From the NCBI GenBank assembly GCA_012295275.1, contig CM022665.1, positions 35,278,001 to 35,342,000 of the forward strand: DNA of 64,000 nucleotides, written 5' to 3'. Shown piece by piece: positions 1 through 10,937 of this stretch (position 1 is the first letter of the stretch; each line of letters opens with the position of its first letter). The DNA is from Chrysomallon squamiferum. Lineage: Eukaryota; Animalia; Mollusca. The notes beneath the pieces are model-generated. The model had not been told where the DNA came from, made no database searches, and saw only the letters and a program-made list of their open reading frames with translations. The position numbers and the translations under genes are program-made.

Positions 1-3000
1 TGCAATCACACTTTGGTACTTCCAGCCAACTTCGTGTGAAAGACGATTCAGATTACAGAACTGAAAACCAGTACATGTTAAAATTAATTATCTACTTCAT
101 GCTTTTGTATCAGTTAATTCAAGTCCGTAATAGAACTATCACTGATGACATGTCATCTCAGAGAGTATTGTTTTCATTCTGTAAATTTCAAAACTCTTAA
201 ATTAAATCAGTGAAAAAATGACACCACAATACACCTTTTTCAAGCATTGTAAACACTAACTACTCACAAAAAAAAAAAAAAAAATCATAGCAATATTACA
301 CCCAAGTAGAAATTAACCCAATCTTGTAGGATTAAGTGCCCACTTTAGAATATTCATAAAATTTGTTTGTTTTTTCAGTTTGCCTCAGATGGTAGTGCAT
401 GTATTTTAGTTTCATCACTAATCAAAGCGCTGTGAAAAATCATCACTGGCAAACAACTATTGTTTTAGGAATTTTATTTCAAATGTCTAAAATACTGTCA
501 CAAAGCATGCTTTAACAGGTACTTAATTACTGGAAATATATAGTCCAGAGCCTCATACTTGATAAAATTTTGACCAAATAGTTGAAATTAGTTTTTGAAT
601 GAATAAACTTGTGCCATTTATGGTAATACATCTGTGCATTTTTAGCGTGTGATGCTTTACATATATCGGATTAAATATACCGAGTTGCTCAAAGGCATAC
701 TGTTGAATTATGGAAAGTACATTTGATCAGATAGAGCTGATAATCTGAGAAGGCTTTTGAACCGGTTTCTGAACATCACTTGTATTCCTGTATTATAAAT
801 TCTTTTAATTAAAACCTGAGCTAAAAACAGTATATTAACACATATTTTCGCACTGACCCCAATAAAAACATTCTGCATAAATGAAAGACAAAATATATTT
901 TTTCAACCTGAATACAGTAAATACATGGTCAAGTTATTTTGCCTCAGATGGTAGTGCATGTTTTAGTTTCATTAACATCAAAGCGCTGTGAAAAAATCAT
1001 CACTGGCAGAAGAAAATGAAAACATCAGAATAATTCATTTTTTAGCATGTTAAATCATTATCAAAATAGCCATAAAAAAAGAAAGAAAGAAAGAAACCAT
1101 TGTAATGTGTTCACATTTTTCAAATGGGTTAGGATTGATTTCAAAAGACTTTTTAGTTAACTGTCACATACCTGAGTAATGAATGCATTAGAAAAAGTAT
1201 CAGTTTAACACATTTAACAGCTATATGAATGTATATCAATATTAACAAGCACTTTCTACATGAGGTAGAAAACATGCTGCTACTACATTATTAGTTTTCA
1301 ACTAATAACAGGGAACATTCAGGACAATTCTAGAAAGCAGCCTGCTGATAAAAAGCTCAGTTATAACAACAATATAAAGTACCAAATCATTTTGATTGAA
1401 GTAGGACTGAAAACTTTTGATTGCCTCAGATGGTAGTGCATGTTTTTTAGTTTCATTAACTTCAAAGCGCTGTGAGAAATCATCATTGACAAATCAAAAA
1501 TTAACATTGAAAATTTTACATTTTGTTTATATTAAAAATAAAAGCTACATACTTTCCTTGAGGGATTCAACCTCAGAACTTTCAGAGCTGCTGGTACAAC
1601 CATTCGACGCTTTTTGTCGTAAGGTGGAGGGATGCCTTCAAACACCTTCAGTCTATCAAGAGCTTCCTTACCACGAGCCAATTTATGTGGCAACATACCT
1701 TTCATATTAATAAAAAAATAATTATTCACCAGCAAACAATTTTTTCAGACTACAATTTTTTGTCTTCAAGTTACATTAAATGAAAACAGAATCCATCAGA
1801 AAATTGAATAGAATCATATACATTTCATTGTAGGTAAGGATTATTCATCATGTAGATACCTGTTTTCAAACAATTCATTATGTGTAAATAGAACTGTGTG
1901 TATTGTGTATATGCCCATCTCAATTATGTGCAGATAAGAATACTGCTCCATGAACCAGATGTTTGCTTACCAATAAAACCAACTAAGCATATTAAATGTA
2001 TGGCCAAAGACCTTCAACTCTGTAAAAATTGTAGAATACTGCATGAATAATCTTGTTTTAAAAATAAATTATAAATAACAAAATCAAATAAACAGATCAT
2101 GTTAAGTTGTAGTAGATACCTCGCACAGTCCTCCAGAAGATCTTGCTAGGAGCTCTGAAGTGAAATGGACCACGTTTGGGGTTTACATTGCATCGCCTGC
2201 GCAAGAACTTTAGATATTTCACTGTCAAAAAAAAAAAATATATATGTAATAACAGAATAAATAACCTATGCAATAAGGCCAAATGTATATTCTGCACCTA
2301 CCTTGTTGGGATAGATTTCAGAAGTATTATTTCTACAGATGTCCTCAGTTTGTTTGCATGTTTTTGTTATCAGCATTATTCAAACAATGTAGGTAAATAG
2401 TCATCATTGGACATCAATCAGAAAAATAATTTAATATTTGTAATAAATTTATATTGAACATCTGAAGGCTGGTCATATCAGTTAAAAGTAATTATCATTA
2501 AGATTATCACTCCTTTCATCAGACAACTAATCATTTTTTTAAATGAAACATCCATTAGGTAAAGTGCACCTGAATAAAAGTTAATACAAGGAAAGGTTAT
2601 ATTCACCGTATTATTTCTTTTTACTAAATGTTACCCTTTAAGGCCAACTTAAGAACTTATTAATGTCATGATCATACCAGCCACGAAATGTGAATTACCT
2701 ACCAAATAACCATGAGCAAACAAAATGTTTTATAACCTTAGTTTTGCTAACAGTGAAAACCGTATGTTTATTTCTGCCACATTATGTCTTTGTAATCACC
2801 ATTATGTCAAGCAATGTAGGTACATTCATCACAGAACAGTCATTCTAACTTAATTATATTACAGTCCTTACACCTGTAACCATCATCTCAGTATCAAAAA
2901 CATTTTTCCTTTTTTGCATTTTTTGAGGACAATAGATTTTTAACCGTTTTTCCAAGTGTGGATTTTAAAACTGCTAAATTCAAAAACTTTCGAGTATGTG

Positions 3001-4300
3001 TAAGAAACACAAAAATGAGTTTTACGGCACACACACTACAGGTCTGTGCTAATTGCATTATCAATTTTTGTTTGTGCATCATTTATATAAATTTGCTTAA
3101 TGATTAGTCCCAACATCTTTATCATGATTACAGATGGACATTTTCCAGATAATGCATTTTCATAGCATGCAACATAACCAGTCAAGTTTGTACAGGTATT
3201 TGGCTGTTAGGTGGTACTGTTTCTGAAAATAACCAATCAAAAAAAAGGCGATACTGTGAAAAGCAAAACTCTGGCCAACTGCAGAAACGATTTTTTTTTA
3301 CATATCTCAGAACATTTGTATACATATATTATTTACCTACCATTGTCAGTCTTGTTTCTAGACCTTTTTTTGTTTCTCTTTAAATTATGAAGAAAAAAAC
3401 TGGTTATGCAAATTTTATTTTGGTATAACCCATTTTAAAGTTACATTGCTTATTCTGGCCTGAACCAATTCACTAATTGTGAAACAATACAAATCAGTTT
3501 TTCACTTACATTTATTTCTGTAAAAATTACCAGAGATGTTGATACCTTCACATCTAACTACTACCACTCTTTGACCTGAAAAATTAAAAAAAGCTTAATG
3601 TTCAGTATAAAATTGTTTGAAATTTACATTTGAAGACTGGAAAATAATTTACATTATAATACATAAGGGGGAGGGAGATTATTAAATTTGATCGTTGTAT
3701 TATGAATACTTTTTTTAACTAGTCTATACTAAAAATATTAACTAAAATGTTCATTACTTACCCTGAAGCAATGTTTTTGCAACAATAGATGCTAATCGTC
3801 CCAGCAAATGTCCCCTGGCATCTATAATAATGGGCTGAAAAACAAACGAAAGTTTTAAGTTACATGTCAAATTTATTATAATCAATTAAACTAAAGATCG
3901 CTATTACTTTATTACTATAACAAAACAGAACACTTCTTCCCCCACCCCGAGTCCAAATAAATTAATTTCTTCATTTTTATCTCTATCACAGAGAAGCAAT
4001 TTCCTTTATTCGAAAAAGAAAGGAGACCAATGTTACGCTGCATTCAATCTCAAATTACTTCTTAACATGTTAAAATGTTAATACCAGACCACATGGTCAT
4101 GATTGGGTATTATATACTGTTAAACTTTTACAAAGGTCTTTGTAAAGTGATTTTTTTTTTTTTTTTTAAATGTTTTATCGTATTTCATGAATCTGAATTA
4201 TTGTAATATTCTATGCCCTATTTAAAATTATAATAATTTCTGTTAGATTTTGATTGTATATTAGAGGATCGACCACGCCAACCTTCGTCTGGAAACCCAT
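1..4300 (-). CDS. RPL13A: 60S ribosomal protein L13a (uL13), 3'-truncated by the window edge
   Basis: Exons (minus) 4283-4300, 3762-3834, 3510-3575, 2120-2221, 1553-1698, <1-60, all GT-AG with consistent phases. Translation: [155 protein letters not shown], the typical eukaryotic L13a sequence. Confidence 0.98.
378..454 (-). ncRNA. SNORD33: box C/D snoRNA, SNORD33 (U33)-like, copy A
   Basis: Minus strand GTTTGCC-A-GTGATGA(C)...CACAGCGCT-TTGA(D')...GTGATGA(C')...CATGCACTACCAT-CTGA(D)-GGCAAAC, with a 7-bp terminal stem. The D guide pairs with 18S UGGUGGUGCAUG and the D+5 rule gives the U equivalent to human 18S U1326. Human SNORD33 is also hosted in RPL13A. Confidence 0.9.
722..781 (-). ncRNA. 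possible box C/D snoRNA (SNORD44-like guide, one mismatch)
   Basis: Minus strand GTGATGT(C-like)...TTATCAGCTCTAT-CTGA(D). The guide resembles the SNORD44 antisense element to 18S UAGAGCUAAUA but has a mismatch, and there is no clear terminal stem. Confidence 0.3.
940..1008 (-). ncRNA. SNORD33: box C/D snoRNA, SNORD33 (U33)-like, copy B
   Basis: Box C GTGATGA (997-1003), D' TTGA preceded by TCACAGCGCT, D guide CATGCACTACCAT, box D CTGA (944-947), TGCC/GGCA terminal stem; near-identical to copy A. Confidence 0.9.
1421..1492 (-). ncRNA. SNORD33: box C/D snoRNA, SNORD33 (U33)-like, copy C
   Basis: Box C ATGATGA (1480-1486), same D' element and D guide as copies A/B, box D CTGA (1426-1429), TTGTC/GGCAA stem. 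Confidence 0.88.
1791..1857 (-). ncRNA. box C/D snoRNA related to SNORD34 with a shifted 28S guide
   Basis: Minus strand ATCTA-C-ATGATGA(C)-ATAAT-CCTTACCTACA-ATGA(D')...TATGATT(C'-like)...CTGA(D)-TGGAT. It has a 5-bp terminal stem and an 11-nt perfect complement to conserved 28S UGUAGGUAAGG, and ends ~90 nt upstream of the exon 5 acceptor. Confidence 0.75.
2338..2415 (-). ncRNA. SNORD34: box C/D snoRNA, SNORD34 (U34)-like, copy A
   Basis: Minus strand GATGTCC-A-ATGATGA(C)...TTACCTACATTGT-TTGA(D')...CTGA(D)-GGACATC, with a 7-bp stem. The 13-nt guide pairs with 28S ACAAUGUAGGUAA and D'+5 gives the U equivalent to human 28S U2824 (old numbering). Human SNORD34 is hosted in RPL13A. Confidence 0.9.
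2770..2837 (-). ncRNA. SNORD34: SNORD34-like copy B with degenerate box D (CAGA)
   Basis: Box C GTGATGA (2826-2832) and guide TACCTACATTG-C-TTGA(D') are intact. The expected D box reads CAGA (2773-2776), so this copy may be decaying. Confidence 0.6.
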
Positions 4301-4307
4301 GATGGCT

Positions 4308-4315
4308 AAAAAGGA
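4308..4315 (-). promoter_or_regulatory. TCT initiator / 5'-TOP pyrimidine tract of RPL13A
   Basis: Minus strand TCCTTTTT-AGCCATC-ATG directly upstream of the start codon, typical of metazoan ribosomal protein genes. Confidence 0.7.
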
Positions 4316-5050
4316 CGACTTGGGGTTTACACGTTGGAAAACAGAAATCACCGGATATGCTTCTGCTTTTAATTCCATCCATCGATGGTGTTAAAAAAAC
4401 AACAAAAAACCCACCATATAAATAAATAAGAAGAAAAAGTGTCAAAAATTAAATGATTTTAATCTATTTTATTACTTATATTAAAATATGTATCATTTAT
4501 CATTTAATTCTTGACGAATAGCATCTGAATTGAAGTAATTGTTAACTAAAAAGTATTAGTAATTTCGTGCCCATGAAATCATTTTGAAATTTTGAAATAA
4601 AATTAAACAAAAAGGTGTATCTTTGCTGTTAAATATTTATTTCACTCTGCCAGTTAATAATTCAATATGTCTCTGTCAACATCTGTTTGGATAATTTAAG
4701 ACACCTCACGACATAAGTAATACAGGAATGTTTATATTTATTCAAATAAAAATATATTTTGTAACAACCAATCTTTTATGAAATAAATCTACTTAAACTT
4801 TACACTGCTGTAATTAGCTCTTGTTTTTCTTTTGAAATTTGAAATTTAAAATGATATTTGCTTAATGCAGTTCAAGAATGTCACTGAGATTAAAACAGTA
4901 AAAGACAATGCTGGTGAGTTTCTCACAGAAAAATAAAAAATAAACTATGCTAAAGTATGATGAACCTGCAACTCGTGGATTAACACTTCAGTATTCTTTG
5001 CCTTTCTTAAGTTTCATGGATTGGCTAACAAATATTGTTTTGTACTAAGT

Positions 5051-5440
5051 AAATGTTATTTAACAACACACTGAACCAGGACTTACGTTGTATTTTGGCT
5101 GATTGGATATCTGAACATTTTCAGATTCCCTCCGTTACTGTTGAATGTGCAACTTAAGACCAGGTTCATCAATTCGAGCTCCACTCAGATAAGAAATAAA
5201 ACTCACTGCTGACACCTCTTGGGCTGCTCTTTTCAATTAACAGCTAGGAAATTCCTACTGAACTAAAGAATCATTGAACACATTGTAACATTTGTTTTAA
5301 CCTAATACGTCATTTTCTAAAATGAATGAAAGAGATTTTCTACCCACTCCTTCTGCTGTTGGATGTCCTTACCTGTAGAAGCAATCTGTGTTTTTTGTTA
5401 ATACACACCTTAAACCCAGACAGGAAAACTATATCCTTGT
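5051..5440. mobile_element. degenerate SINE-like repeat fragment
   Basis: Segments aaatgttatttaacaacacac...ccactcagat...ctgctgacacctcttgggctgctcttttcaattaacagc...cccagacagga resemble, from recollection only, an abundant gastropod SINE family. Not verified by search. Confidence 0.3.
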
Positions 5441-7379
5441 ATTGGATGTGAAACATGTCCTTAAGTATGAAACCAGCTGATGGGTGCAATGAGAAGATTT
5501 AATAATTTAATAAAAACATATTAATGTTGATTAAATGATTTAATTTTGTTAACAAAACAGAATATTTTCATTTTTCAAAATGTTTATTTGCATCACAAGT
5601 AAACATATCCACACATATCTTTTCATATCATCAAGGATACATTTTACATATACATCATACCCAATTATTCTGTTATAACATGGAATCAGATCACTGTGTA
5701 AAATATAAAATTATATTATTGATATAGTCACATTTTAGTATGGTTAGTCATACATTTCCCAAATGTCCTAATTCAATTTAATTATGATGTACCTTTTATC
5801 TCCAATAAATGGGGATCCAAAACAGTAATTAAAGTTTTAACTTATATGAGTATCAGATGTTTATTAATATTTACTTTATTAATATGATCAAACCACAAAA
5901 TGCATTAACTATGAAACAAGTCTAAAAACACATATTTTTCCATGTGAAGCCATGTCCTTAAATTATTTCATATAAAATATTTTTAGTAAAAAAAAAATGG
6001 GGAAAATTAAACAGGACTCTTAATTACAATTAAATGAAAATAAATTTGTGAGTATTTTCACTGAAATATCAAAAAGCACGTATTCAACTATTATGGAGAA
6101 CAAATTGACATCTATTTTTTATCACTTCAGATATAATATGTTATATAAACAATTCCTCATTACAAAATTACACAACCTAAATATACATTTTATAATAAAT
6201 GCAGGGAAAAGATAAATAAGGATTAATAAATAACCCAATGTGTTTATATGCATCCATAATTTTTTAATCCTGTTTCAACTTCAAATTATTTTTAACCCAA
6301 GGCATTTTTGGTATTAAATTGCATTTGCATCTAAAGTATTATATAGTACACAGTACTATTTAACACAAACTCCAGTGTTTCACTATCTTTATTATTTTAA
6401 AATATTTTTTGTGCGGTTCACATCTAAAACAAAAAACTAATCCTGTGGTTTACAACACTGTCTAATGATAAGCATTATGTAACAAACACTGATGGATCTT
6501 TAAACATACCAAACTTTCACTACTTGAAGTGTTTCAGTAACTTAAAACAATCTTATTTTTAAATAACTTTTAAAATGTGCTATATAATTTACCCCGTAAA
6601 TTATCACGGACTGTCTACTATTCTTGAATGTAGCTGTTTTGCAGGTCTAGACAGAATGGTCAGTTTTGAAATTATTTATTTGGTAATTAAAATATATTTT
6701 TCATTATTATGCATAAGAATGAAAATTTTTTGGTGAATTTGATGTCTTTTAAGAAATATCTCTTAATGTATATATTGGAAACGGAAATAAAAAATCACAA
6801 TCAATATTGAAACTCCATAAATTTTGTAAGAACATTTTTTTTTATTAATTAAACATTTAAAATCAGTTAACCCAGTACTAAGTATTTTAAATGGAGAAGA
6901 TCTGACTGCCATACAGAAATTGTCTTTAGAATGAGATTATAAACATGTTTGTTTTATAAAGTCACCATAGTTAACTCATATCAATTATTAATTAGTAGTA
7001 ACTACACATTCTACAGTATTAAAAACACAACTGTTACAAAACACAACAGTATTTATTTGGACTTTCTCATTGCAGACATTGTTCGTTCCAAATTTAAAAA
7101 AAATTTAGTGGAAATATTCACTTGTATTATTTCCTTGGAAAATTAATGTAGACCTATGTAAATGTGAAAAAAAAAAAGTAAACCACTTTTCTTTTATTGC
7201 ATTTACAATCTGAAAAAAAAAAAAAAAAACCACCAGCAAAACTCCATATCATGCTCATACATTAAGACAGATGTTCTTGAAAACAAATTATTAACATTTT
7301 ACAAAGTAAATAATTCATCACTGTTAACTAACATGAAGTCAACATAGCATTAAAACATAATTCAGTTTGACAGTTCCTG

Positions 7380-9367
7380 TCAGTTTCGACTTGCCACCTT
7401 CTCTGCAGGTGGACTACTGATGTTGTTTTTCAGTTTGTAGTCATTAAGAGCTGCTTTGATAGCATCTTCTGCCAACACTGAAATAACAGTTGTAAAAGTA
7501 AAAAAATAAAATAGAAGGAAAATCTGTTACAAATACTTAAGTGAAGTGATTGTTATGCTATAGTTATTTTCCAATTTAATACAAAATCACTTTGTCTAAA
7601 GGGCATCTGTTGTTGTGACTATTTGCTTTTTACAAATTTCAGATTATTTCATGAAAATACAAGCTAGAATTAAATTATGGGAGAAACAAATAGGACACAA
7701 ACTGTACTTAGAAAATGAAAGTTACCAATGAATTTGTATAAATATTAATTGGCTCATTTATAGATGTATGTGAGATAAAAGATTATTTACTTTCTCAAAA
7801 ATGAACTTTAGTCACAAAAATATACTTACTTGAACAATGCAGCTTAACAGGTGGAAGTGAGAGTTCCTTGGCAATGTCTGTGTTTTTAATTTGAGTAGCT
7901 TCTTCCATCTAGTAAACAAGAACAAATATTTATGTTCATCATAACTTAAATATTATAGGATTAAAAAACTAACTGTAACTTTCTAGATCTCAGTTAATTT
8001 AAAACCAAGAAAAGGAAGAATAATAAAAAAATATGTATTAATGAGCAGTCTGAATCACAAAATAAACAAAATTATCTTTAACTGCATTACAACCATGTAC
8101 TCATTTTAAGTAATTATTTACACAGTAATATCTTAACTTACAGATTTTCCTTTCACCCATTCAGTAGCAAGTGAACTGGAGGCAATTGCTGACCCACAAC
8201 CAAATGTCTTGAATTTGGCTTCAACAATTTTCCCATTATCATCCACCCTGATCTGAAATCACACAAAATATGTAACAATCAAATAAATATATTTGTAACT
8301 GAATGTATGGGTGCAGAAAAGCTGACAGAAAATAAGCTTGGTTTTAATTTAAATGACTGAAATTAACATTAAATATGTGAAATCAGTGTCATCTTTGATA
8401 CAATGAATATCATTTCTGAATCTTCTTAAATTGTTTAAAATGACATTTACTACTTTCTGAATTACCATATTTGCCCTAAGTGTGTAGATTTCTCTCCTTT
8501 TCATGCTCCATTTCAAGATGGCAAAATAACCTTAACCTATTTTTGAATTTTAAGAGAAGAATCTAAACTGACTTGATATATTTTGATTTCTGAAATTGAA
8601 AATAAGTCTGTTCGTTCAGGATATGTGATAGTACCTGAAGCTTCATAACATCACCACAGGCTGGTGCTCCAACAAGACCTGTTCCAACATTTTTGTCACT
8701 TTTGTCAAGTGAGCCAACATTTCTGGGGTTTTCATAGTGATCTATCACCTGCAAACACATTTCATAACAGTGTAACCTCTAAGTGTTATTCCTAAAACAT
8801 TTGGTAACTGTAGCTTTTAATGTAACATTACTATCAACAATTAAAAAAAAAAAAGAAAAAAAAAAAACACATTAAAGTTCATAATTTTCTTTCACTAGGT
8901 ATTTTCTGTGAATGTTTAAACATTTTTGTTGTTGTTGTTGTAGTCATCAACTAAATTTATAATTATATGTATCTGCTAGGTATACACCACAGAAAAGCTT
9001 GGTTCTTTTAAAAATTGATTAAACAAAAAGAAAATATTTACAATGTATGTGTATATGTATTTATTAAAGTTCATAAAATATTTGACTTAAAAATATATGA
9101 AGTTTGTCAATGTTATTCAACAAGAAAAGATACTTGATGGTTTGTTTTTGTTTTTTGTTTTTTTCGTTTGTTTATTTAAATATTTTGCTACATCTGCATT
9201 TCAACCCATTTGCCATCATAGTATAATAACTACAGTTCATTATCAATAATTTACTTTTTATTTGAAAAAATAAAATGTATATTTATTCAATTTATGGTCA
9301 GTTTCATTTGAAATTATTATTTTTTGGAAATACTACATTCATGCATTGTTTATCGTAAATAACAATT

Positions 9368-9415
<48 letters not shown>

Positions 9416-9827
9416 CACCGCCAACACTGGCAATAGGCAGTAATAAGTAAATCATCTGCCATTTACTCAGTACCTTCATATCAGAAAATATGTATTTTAA
9501 ATTAAGTCGAGGCTAAAATGAAAATTACCATCGAAAAACGTGCTGCATTGATTTATACTTTCATGTCAACTAGTACTACTACGTTCTAGTTATTGTAAAA
9601 CGGTTGCGTAGTCTCCTACTCCTAGTCAGTATTGGGACAGTGTCACTTATTTCAAGGACAATACTTGAACAGTGAAATAGACGACAGCTAGTCCAATAAT
9701 TAAAAACTAATAATAATTAACAACTACATACATTTTTGTGATACGATGCAACAGGACACTGGTTCGCTGATTGCAAAATAGGTCGCATTTGTCTGCTGAG
9801 ACCACAAACAGTTCTTTGGAACGCCAT
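7380..9827 (-). CDS. ISCU: mitochondrial iron-sulfur cluster scaffold protein ISCU (165 aa)
   Basis: Exons (minus) 9732-9827, 8635-8748, 8142-8252, 7830-7908, 7380-7477 (498 nt, in frame). An Arg/Ser-rich presequence is followed by YHKNVIDHYENPRNVG...GAPACGDVMKLQ...FKTFGCGSAIASSS...LPPVKLHCSMLAEDAIKAAL, with all three Cys ligands and the LPPVK chaperone motif. Confidence 0.98.
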
Positions 9828-10926
9828 TTTTGTTTGTTTTTTGTTTTGGATCAGTTACGCTAAACACCGAAAAGTACCGAAAACGCAACTTGCTTTAATA
9901 TTAGGCCTACTATGAAAAATTCGAAGAAATCTAAAGGAATAATAATTATTAAATACCATTCGAATTACATCATAAATGCAAAATCGTAGCAATTAAATAT
10001 AATAAACAATAACTAGGAATGTATTTGATTAGCAACGTAACGGATCTTTTTAAGGAATTGCAATACAAAAAATAACAACAATAATACATGTCGATAGACA
10101 TTTTGTTTTGTTTTCTGTTTCTTATGAAATTATAATTTGTTGTTGTTGTTAATTTTAAAAATTTTAAAATGTATTTATTTATTTATTTCGTTATTTATTA
10201 TTATTAGAATTATTATTATTATTATTATTTCATTGGTTAAAGCCAATTCCCGAAAATATGATCAGTACTTTCCAGTTACAATTTACAGTGTGAGTGTTAG
10301 GCGTTTGAAATCAAAAAGTAATTTATATGTCTCCAGAGACCTGAAACCAATTACTAAGAATTGTGCCTGTAGTTTCATTTGGAAGAATAAAGCATATTAC
10401 AGACCATCAGACACTAAATACGTTTCTCTGCATAAAGCCCTATACTATTTATTATTTACATAATAAATCAAACTAATTAATTATTAAGAAAGAAAAAATA
10501 AAAACAAAGATTTGTGTTACGATCAGTTTTATTTTCCCCCAGCTTTTTAATTGTACACAAAAATTTAAAATAAAAGCAGCGTTAAAAAGCAGAAAATAAT
10601 GTAAGCAAAAATAAATAAATAAATAAATATGAAGAATTTGAATCCAGGCTAAATATAATAGTATTGTAGGTGACTGGAATACTTTCCGAGAAAATGCCTA
10701 TGGATAGGATAAGATAATAATAAGTATATAAATAAAGAAAGATTGAATTTACCAGTCAATGTGACTATATATTCCATATATATATATATATATGGTATCA
10801 AGACATTGGAATTAAACGTACACTTACTAATTTTTGGATAGGTTTTCATGCAGAATTATAATAAAAGAATAATTATAATTTGAAAAAAAAAAAAAAAAGA
10901 GCCTCGTTTTGAAATGTATGATTTGA

Positions 10927-10937
10927 GGGGTTTCCCC
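10927..10937. promoter_or_regulatory. candidate NF-kB/Rel site in the IAP proximal promoter
   Basis: GGGGTTTCCCC matches GGGRNNYYCC, in a locally CpG-containing patch ~150 bp upstream of a likely first-exon donor AAG|GTAAAT at 11081/11082. Confidence 0.5.

Noticed and set aside
378-1492. Regularly spaced ~75-bp repeats that could be mistaken for a CRISPR-like array or dispersed TE
   Set aside because: Eukaryotic intron, ~400-490-bp spacers, and the repeats carry C/D boxes and an rRNA guide, so they are snoRNA paralogues.
3030-3082. 11-nt complement (CACAGACCTGT) to 18S ACAGGUCUGUG, the SNORD25/snR56 target region, downstream of ATGATGC in RPL13A intron 3
   Set aside because: No D or D' box after the guide (AGTGT) and an imperfect box C; at best a decayed snoRNA remnant, possibly chance.
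7362-7385. Small hairpin TGACAG-GAA-CTGTCA over the ISCU stop codon, with UGA-C context
   Set aside because: Only a 6-bp stem with a 3-nt loop, not an IRE (no CAGUGN loop) or SECIS. Readthrough would add just a few residues.
10137-10463. 108-aa ORF with hydrophobic N-terminus, and similar ORFs at 16658, 23554, 24001 and 60908
   Set aside because: Translations of ATT/TTG microsatellites and AT-rich non-coding DNA, many without an ATG start.
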